Positions 39,101-48,100 of a stretch of DNA of 64,000 bases are shown here, in pieces. Every line of letters begins with the position of its first letter. Position 1 is the stretch's first letter. A program made the translations under genes and the position numbers. Source of the DNA: an uncultured Gammaproteobacteria bacterium. GTDB lineage: Bacteria; Pseudomonadota; Gammaproteobacteria; Eutrophobiales; Eutrophobiaceae. A model generated the notes under the pieces. The model made no database searches and was not told where the DNA came from. It worked only from the letters and a program-made list of their open reading frames with translations. The stretch lies in contig CALSRS010000001.1 of NCBI GenBank assembly GCA_943788815.1, positions 900,069 through 964,068 on the forward strand. The letters run 5' to 3'.

Positions 39101-42100
39101 GGCGGTATTGGGACCCAGAACCGACAACGCGGTGGCCGTCCCGCTCGGATCTGTAACCACAATCGTCGAACCGTCGGCTGCAGCAGCAAGATTAATGGTC
39201 TCCGAGGCATCAAGTTTGCGTGCCAGCTTGGCAGCGATAATTTCGAGTGTATCACTGGACTTGGCTTCATATTCGTAATCCGTCCCGCCGTAGGTGATTC
39301 GCCAAATATCACTTGCGTTTACAGTGCCGGTGAGTTGAATCGTTTCGGAGACTGCAGTTACAGTATCTATTGGAGCACTCATAACAGGTTCAATGCGCGT
39401 CTCAATCACAGGAACAACGGTCGCACCCGGTTTCACCATGACAATGCTCAGACCCTCAACCATTGCCACCACATCACCGCTCATATTTATTTCAGATGCA
39501 AGGCCGGCAAGGGTATCGGCGAGATTGACCGTGGCTACAGGATGCGTGAAGTCCTCTATATCAACCGTGATGACCCAGGTATCACCCACCACCGGTGTGC
39601 CCTGTAGCGCGATGAGTGTCGTGGAGGCGCTGTTTAGTACTGAGATAGATCCTTGTGCCCCGTCAATGCTTGCATTAGGTAAACCGCCCAGGATATTCGA
39701 GATAATTACATCGTTGTTCAAGGCTTTGGCGGTGATACCCTCCGCTGCATCAATGAGTGCGGCCAGGTCCAGCGCAAGCTGGTCGTGGGTGGGTGGTGTG
39801 GACGGGATAGTGACCTCGTAGTCGATGCCCTGGACAGTGATCTTCCAGATATCACCATTAACCAGAGTATTGGTCTGATCCAGCGTGACGACCTGAGTTT
39901 CGATAGCCTCGATGGTCGCCGAACCCGGCGACGGTCCACTTGCAAAACCATACTGAGATAGAATTGTCCCAGCAGCAAAGGTCAGACCACTGGAATCAAG
40001 AGAGATTGATTTTATCTCGGTGGTAGAATCGGTTTTGAATTGCGTGCCATCGGGCGTCTTGAAACTGATGACGAAGGTTCCGGCCTCGGTACCCGCCGTA
40101 ACCTCAACATTGAGTTCCCTGCCATCTTCAAGCATGGTGACATTATTTCCATCGACATCTTTGAAATGGGTAAATCCGCCATCAAGATTCAGTGCATTGG
40201 CGATGTTCTGACGAAGCACAGAGGCATCGGGATCAAATGAAATTACCTCCGTGGTAAGTATACGCTTGGCAATAGGTTTCCCGATAAGATCCGTCACACC
40301 CAAATATCCAGCGATCTCACTCAGGGCACCACTATCGTCTTCAAAACTGAGTTTGAACGTCCCACCGTCGGCATTCCCGATATCGACGATTTGTTTTAGA
40401 TCACCATCATCATCGAATTCATATACACCAGTTGATTCCAGTACGATGGTGGCCCCCGTGGTATTGCCCTTATAACTGATGGTATCAGCACCGCTACCAC
40501 CGTTGACCGTGTCCTGTCCACCAGCACCGATGACAAAAAGATTGGCATCCCGATTGCCAGTGATAAAATCATTTCCAGAAGTGCCAATAACATTATCCAG
40601 ACCCGAAACCGCATGTTTACGGAAAAAATCATCGGCCACGCCAGCATCACCAAAGATCTCACCGATACCTCCAAACCGATAGCCTAGGAAACCCTGCGCA
40701 AGTCCGAAGTTCTGTTTTATTCCCTGTGTCTTTCCAAGCAGGGGAATTGTGATAGAAGGAATCAGTACGCGCTCACCGGTGCTAGCATCGACGATGATAC
40801 CGGCGTCGGCACCGCCGTCGACCGTGGTATAGGCAAAGGGTGAGACAGCTTCACCATCGGGATTGACCAACCCAGAGGCATTGACTATCAAGTTTTCAAG
40901 ATTTGCAGTTGAATCGAAGGTGACCTCAAATACACCGGCGGCGATACTCAGGGGTTCCACCGCCACCGTGATGCCCGCCGCACTGAGCAGGATATCTAGT
41001 TCTGTTTTGATATTAGTAGCCGTGGTTGTTGGCGCGAGGTCAATGGCAATATTGTTGGTCGGCGGCAGGGGGGTTCCGGGATTATCGGGGTCATCGATGG
41101 TGAGGGTAAAGTTCTGACCGTGATTGGCCCCCCGCAAATCGATGACCTGCCGTTCCTTGATGATGCCGGAAGGGTCGCCATATTTAGAGTAATCCAGCAC
41201 AACTTTACCGGTGAGACCAGTGGCAGTTATGGTACCGGGCAGGGTTGCCCCGTCATGCAGGACAAAGGTATTTATCCCTTTACCACCAATAATATTTTCA
41301 ATATCGGTGGCGAACACAACACTACCGGACACCACCTCAAAAAATGGCGTGCCTGCCAGAAAATCACGGATGATCGGCAAGTCGGCGATGGTACTGTCGC
41401 GGGCGATGATAAAGGTCATGCCCACATCGAGGAAATCAGAAAGATTACTGGGCCCCGTTGCTCCCTGAAGTGCATTTACCTGGGACTGAAACTGCCCGGC
41501 AAGCGCATCCTTGTTCTGTGAGGTCACCTCGTAAATATCGAAGCGCATATTGGAGGCGATACCCGAAAAATCCAGGGTATCCTGACCATCGGTCAGATCA
41601 CCAACAAATGGGATAGGATTGGGCAGTTCAAGTACCGCACCCAAGCCCCAGAAACCATTGAATTTGTAGGTATCACCACCGCTGAGTCCAGCAAGCACAT
41701 GAACACCCGGATTAAACGGGGTATCCATTAAACTGCCCAGTTCCACCTTCAGCTTAGCTTTTAGCTCTTTTAGCAAGAGCTTTTGTGCCTCGGTTTTCAA
41801 GGCCTTAGCTACGAACGCAGCAGCCTTACCAACATCGCTCTCCGGTGGATTAGCAGTAAGCGCTCCGAATTTCGCCATCAGCTGGCCGAGCTTGGAATTC
41901 GGGTTACTCGCATCGAGTAAGGCCGTACCCTCGAAGATCTTGGTACCGCCGGTTTTGAGTTGCTTGGTCAGATAGTCAAACAGTGTCTGACCCTTGTTCA
42001 GCGTAAAGACATCACCGCCGAAAAGATTGCTGAGGATATTTCCACCGACGGCACTGAATCCACCACCATTAGCCGTTTCAAAGAGGCTGTCAATATACAG

Positions 42101-45100
42101 GTCTGAACCGACAAAGGCATTCAGGCCATATCCGAAGTTAACACCAGTTATATTTCTCAGAGTACCACTGAACCCCGACAGGGACTGGCTAACATCATTG
42201 GAAGTGATTGCCTGAATTGGTACCTGTGCACCCGCAGTATTAAATGTGATAACAAAGGGATCATTCTTGGTACCAGTGCCATCGACAGTTTCAATCAGGG
42301 GTGATTCCCCCGCAGTATTCAGGGCAAGCTTGATTGCATCCTTATCAGCGGTATGATCGAGTACCCCGGTCGCAATACCATTGATGACCAGCCGGTATTC
42401 TCCGGACTTGAGCTGATTGACCAGGTGCTGGACTTCTTTGACCGCAGTCCCACCAGCCTTGACTTCTACTGCAATGACATTGTCATTTGCCAGTGTTTGT
42501 TTTAGTGCTGCCGAATTCAATACTAATGTAGGAAAGTCTTTACCGGCATCCGTACCGGTGAAATCAAGAGTCCAGATGTTTTGACCAATAGTCTTGGTCG
42601 CAATGACTTCAAGCTTGAGCTTATCCATGAGGGCGGCCTCAAGGTCGGCCTTGGAGATATCATAGGCCAATGCATCGGTCTCACTGCCATCCATCGAGAG
42701 GGTAAAGCTGCCATGATTGGCAATAAATTTCAGTTCCTGCTTTTCGTTAGATGCGGCGATGACATCATTGAGTTTGTTATTGGTATGTGACCCGCTCGAT
42801 CCTGAACCCAGTTGTACCGTTAAGCTGCCGGCAGCTATGGGATTAACCTTCAGGGTGAAGGCCGGGTCACCGTTCAGGGCGCGGCTTAGTTTAAAACTAT
42901 TGAATGCACTGGTGGCAGAAGAACCGCCGCTAATCTGGCCAAGCTCAATTTTAATCGCCTGTAATACGCTGTCGAGATTCTGGTTCCAGGTGATATTATT
43001 GGTGGTCTTGCCGCCGTAGCCAAGGGTAAAGGTATCACCATCGGCCATGCCCGAAAAGGAAAAGACCCATGCCTCTAGTGCTGCGGGATGTCCATCCTCC
43101 AGGGTGATTATCTGCGCGATGGGTGCATTGGTAGCTCGACTTAGACCAGAAAGATTCAGACTACTAAGGCCAGCCGGAATAAAACCAGCCTTGGCTGTGT
43201 AATTGATGCGAAAGGGGTCTGTGGCCGCACCGCTACCAGTCACCTTCACAGAGTTTTGTTCAAACTTAGTTATATCAATATTATCTTTCAGCAGTTTTTC
43301 GAGTGCACTGGCAGTCACAGCAGCCGGGATATTGGCGACTGGATTACCTTCAATGGTAAGATTGAAGCTACCTATGGCGGTGTCGGTAATAATGAGATGT
43401 TGCGTAACTGAACGATTGAGGGTGTTTTGGTCGTCAAGTAGTGTGCCGAGCACTACAAGTTCGCCACCGAGCTCTTCAAATATAATGTCACCTTCCAGCT
43501 TCATGGTTGGCACATCTCGGGGCGACTGGAAAGTCACCAGGAAACGGGCGTCGGCATTTTCCCATACAACAACAGCAGCGTTCGCACCCAGGGTTTTATC
43601 ATCATTGAGCGCTGCCTGTATAGCCTCAGCAGTTTTGTCACCGTTAAAATCAATATCACGTTCTGCACGTGTGCCATCGACCTTTTTCAGATCAATATTG
43701 GTGGTGTTCCTGGTCGTGCCTGCTTGATCGACCACGGTCAACTTGAATCCGCCGGTCTTGCCTGTGACATAGATATATTGTTGTTCCTGGGTACCAGGTG
43801 TTCCGGCTACACCCTCGGTTTTGGTAATGATTTTAACCGCGGGCGCCTCCACCGTGCGCCCAACGATAATGGACGAGGCGGTAATCAGGGGCTTGGTACC
43901 AGCCGTGGTAAAGCTGATTTCATAAATGCCATCCGATGCACCGGGAGTGACCGTGATGTCACCCTCACTGATATTACTAAGGGTTTCCAGACCCTCCTTG
44001 ATTTTAGCTGCGGTGAACTCGGGATTGACGGCAATCAGCTCAATGGGGCTTGCTGTGGTCTGGCCGTCGAAGTTGAGGTTGAAGCCTCCAAAGCTGGCGC
44101 CAGTTGGCAGTATCAATCTTTGCACGGCAACGCCGCTATCACCGCGTACTGCTGTGGTGGCACCAATTGTAGACTTGTCTGGCAAAGTCAGTAGGGAGCC
44201 GGTGGAGTAAGGGATCCCTTTGACGTTCCCCTGCGGTACCTTAGAGATATCAACGGTATTGGTAACCAGCAGCTGTGGTACCTGCAGGCCGCTGGCCTCT
44301 TTAAGATTGTTGAACGTGAGTAATGCTGACGCCGGGCGGAAACCTGTTCCACCTTCGAGCGTGCCGGCATAGCTTGCTCCGCTACCCAGGGTATAGGTAT
44401 TTGCATTGCCGCCGCCTTTGATAATGGTATTGGCATCGACATTGCTAAAGGTCACTTTGTTATAATGTGTCGGTTGAGGTATGAGTTTTTTCTCTACCAA
44501 CTTACCTATTGGGGAAGCGTTCGCAAATAGACTGGAAGAATTATCTATCTTGCTGACGCTGAGGCTTGTACGCACGTCTTTGTCCAGTAATGTCACGGAT
44601 TTGCCTGCTCCACCACCGGATATTTCGAGCGCGATGATTTCATCTGTAGTGGTATCGGCCTTATCAAAGCTGACTATCCAGCGCTGGGCGGCACTGGGAC
44701 CATCTATGACCGTGACATCGAGATTTTCGCCATTGGCATATTTCAGCTTGTTAAGCTCCGCCGCTACGGTGGCGGCATCAGCATCAAAGTTAATCTGTGC
44801 GGTGGTCTGTTGTGCAGCGATCTCGACATTGAGACTAGCAGAGCCTGCAGTGACTGCGAGATTTGATGTGACACCCTTGGTGTGGAAGGTGACCCTGAAT
44901 GTACGTAGCGTTTCATCTAGAACTCGCACACTCACACCCGTCTTGACTGAGAAACTTGATACTTCTTTTTCAATCGCGCGTTCAATATTGTAGGCAGTAT
45001 CCTTAACACCACTCACAATTTTTATATCGTTGATATTCAGGGTGGCACCACCATCCGGGTCTGTCATGCTTAAATTAAAGGTGCCGGAAGTCTGGCTATT

Positions 45101-48100
45101 AAGGTTGAGTGTCAGGGTTTCAGAATCCTTATATATCAGTTGGACAGTACCACCTGAAAGATCATGATCGAGTGCCTGGACCGAGTAAACTTTAGACTCA
45201 AACTTAAAATTGAGTTCATTAGTTACATTACTGAAATCGATCTCAAGCTCATAACCTCCGGCCGAAACCAGGCTGGTATCAACGGTGATCTCTTTCGCGG
45301 GGCCAGTCTCCACACCCCAGTCATCTCCGAAGATAAAACGGTTGCTCGCATTGGCGGCGACGATGTTTTCAATATTAGCAAGACCTGATTCTTCCTTGCC
45401 ATCCTGCAAGGTGGTGACTAAACCCGGGGCCTCAACAAACTTCGAACCATCCTGTTTAAGAATTATAACCTCTGGTAGGTCTTTCAGCTCAGGGGCATTG
45501 AACTGAACATCAAACTGATTCGTCCCACTAACCGTTACCGTAACAGTGAACTTGGGATCGGAGATAAGCTTGGTCAACGTCGACAAAAACCCGTTCTTCT
45601 GACTCAACAAATCCAGCTTTTGATCAATATTTGTCCGTGTCTCCTCATCGGTGGTACCAATTTGAATGGCATCACTAATCGAACCACCGATGTCGATCTT
45701 GAACGTACCAGTGGGCGCACCGGCAAGTGAAAAATCAATACGCTGTTTCTCATTAAGTTTTCCGAGCTCGACTTCATTAGTTAAGGTCACACCGGTTGAA
45801 GTAACGGCGGCGTCAAACTCATCTTTCAGGGCGGCTGTATTGATTATCAGCAGCGGGGGAGGCTCATTAAAATTCAAAAATTCAACCAGGAACTCATTGG
45901 CATTGCCGGCCATTACGGTGATCTTGGCACCCTTCAAGGCTGATACGAATACGTTGCCGATAATGAGCTCGGTCAGGGACTTCTGAATGGTCTCGGCAAG
46001 AACATTCTTATCCTCGGAATACTGAATAGATATGCTTGGATTTCCCTGGTAGCTCAGTGTGAAGCTGCCAGAGGCACTGTTGCCGAGATTGACGTTCTGT
46101 ATCGGGTTGATCTTCTGCACATTTGGCACTTCAAGCAGATTGCTACCCGTATAGAGGCCCGAGGAATCTCCAGTCGCAGTAAAACTGCGTTGCCAGGAGT
46201 CGGTATTGGTAGGCGTAAATATACCATCACCTGTTCGTAGTGCGCCCTTATTCAGCACATGGGTCAAGGTGGTGGTGACTCCCGAAAAATCAATGGTATC
46301 GTTACCACCATTTTTACCATCAAAAATTTCGGCGGTACCCCAGTTTTCACTGATCGCATAGGTATCATCGCCATCACCACCGGTGAGTTCGTTGTCTATA
46401 CCGCCCTTGATTTCAATGCGGTCGTTGCCGGCATTTCCATAAATAATATTGCTATCGAATTCCGCAATCAGGATGTCGTCACCACCGCCGCCAAATACAA
46501 GATCATTTCCTGCGCCGGGTTCGATGGTGTCGTTGCCAGTACCGCCCTCAATGTAATCATCGTTATCTAGCCCATAGATAGAATCCTGACCTGAACCACC
46601 GAGTAATTTATCAATCCCCGTACTACCATTTAAAGTGTCATTACCAACAGAACCATCAAGAATATCCTGGGTAATGCTGGCGTTAAGTAAGTCATCACCT
46701 GAGGATCCGGTTACAGTTTGTTTGTTGTCCGTATCTGCAGTAAAGGTAATCCCGGTACCACCACCAATAACCTCATGAACTGGAGCGAGAAACTTACTGA
46801 AACCTGGTGCATCGTCTGTGGTTAAATCGATTATTGCAGCAATGTTTTCATATTCCGAATAATCAAGAATATTGAGTTGGTCGGGCGCCACCGGGGTGTT
46901 GGCCTTGACCTCTCCGCTGAGAGCATTGGCGGCTTTTATAACGTAGGTATTGACGCCTTTACCACCAACCAGATTGGCAATACCCTTGGCTTTCACAATA
47001 AACTCATAATTTTTTTGGAATGGATAACCCTCATGACGCACTACGGTTGCAGTAACCTTCACTACGCCGTCTCCTTCGAGTTCAAACCGTAGAGTATGGT
47101 CAATACCAACGTCAGAAAAATCGAGGGTACCCTTGTTCAAACCAGCTGCGGAGTCATCGATCGTGAAGACGTGTATGGGTGTCTTATCATCCGGGGGATC
47201 GGGATCGAAGTAACCCCAGTAGTCATGGAAGCGATAAATGTTGGTGCCACTACCACCCTCCAGCTTTTCGATGTTTGCCGCATCAGTGATTTTATTTATG
47301 CTGCTTCCCGTTTGTTTAACCTGAACGCCCTTAGGTCCGGCGGCAGCTGCTGAATGGTAAATATCGAATTCAAGGTTGGCAGCGACAGTAGAGAAATTCA
47401 GCAGATCGCCGGTTCCTGCATCAGGTAACTCTTTGACGGTATCGGTGCCCCAGTTAGGATCGAATCGAATCTCGTCGTTGCCGGCACCCAGTTCAAATGT
47501 CTGGGCAGAAGAACTGCCAATTGCGATATCGGAATCTTCTCCTCCATAAATATTTCCCGCATATTCAATCTTATGATAACCCTTATCAACTCGTATATCG
47601 CCAAAATCACTGGCCGAGATGTTGGTGAATTTTATAATGCCGGGGATACGTAATGGGTCTGAATTTATTACGCTGATGAGTGCGGGATGATTTGAGTCGC
47701 TGCTATCGAGAGCACCATCAGGCAAATTGATATTGAGTTTTGATGCTGACGGGAAGTCTGTAGCCTTGATCAGTTCATTTACCTGACCACCCTTTAAGAG
47801 AATAAGGTCAATATTACCGGAACCGGCTTTACCAAAATGAAGCTGATCGAGTACCGCCTCGTTGACTTTAACTGCGACCGAACCGGCAGTACCCACAGCG
47901 GCGAAGGTGTCGGTTTCATTTTTACCAATTGCGAATTGTAGAGACAGTATGTTACGGGCATCGAGTTCACCGATGCCGACTTTGTTGAGTATAACCTTGA
48001 TGTTCTGATCGGAGTCCGCCGTACTGCCAACCATGAGTGTCTCAAGTCCGCCATCGCCGGCCTTGACCACATACGTTGCAGAATTACCGTTTGTATGTTC

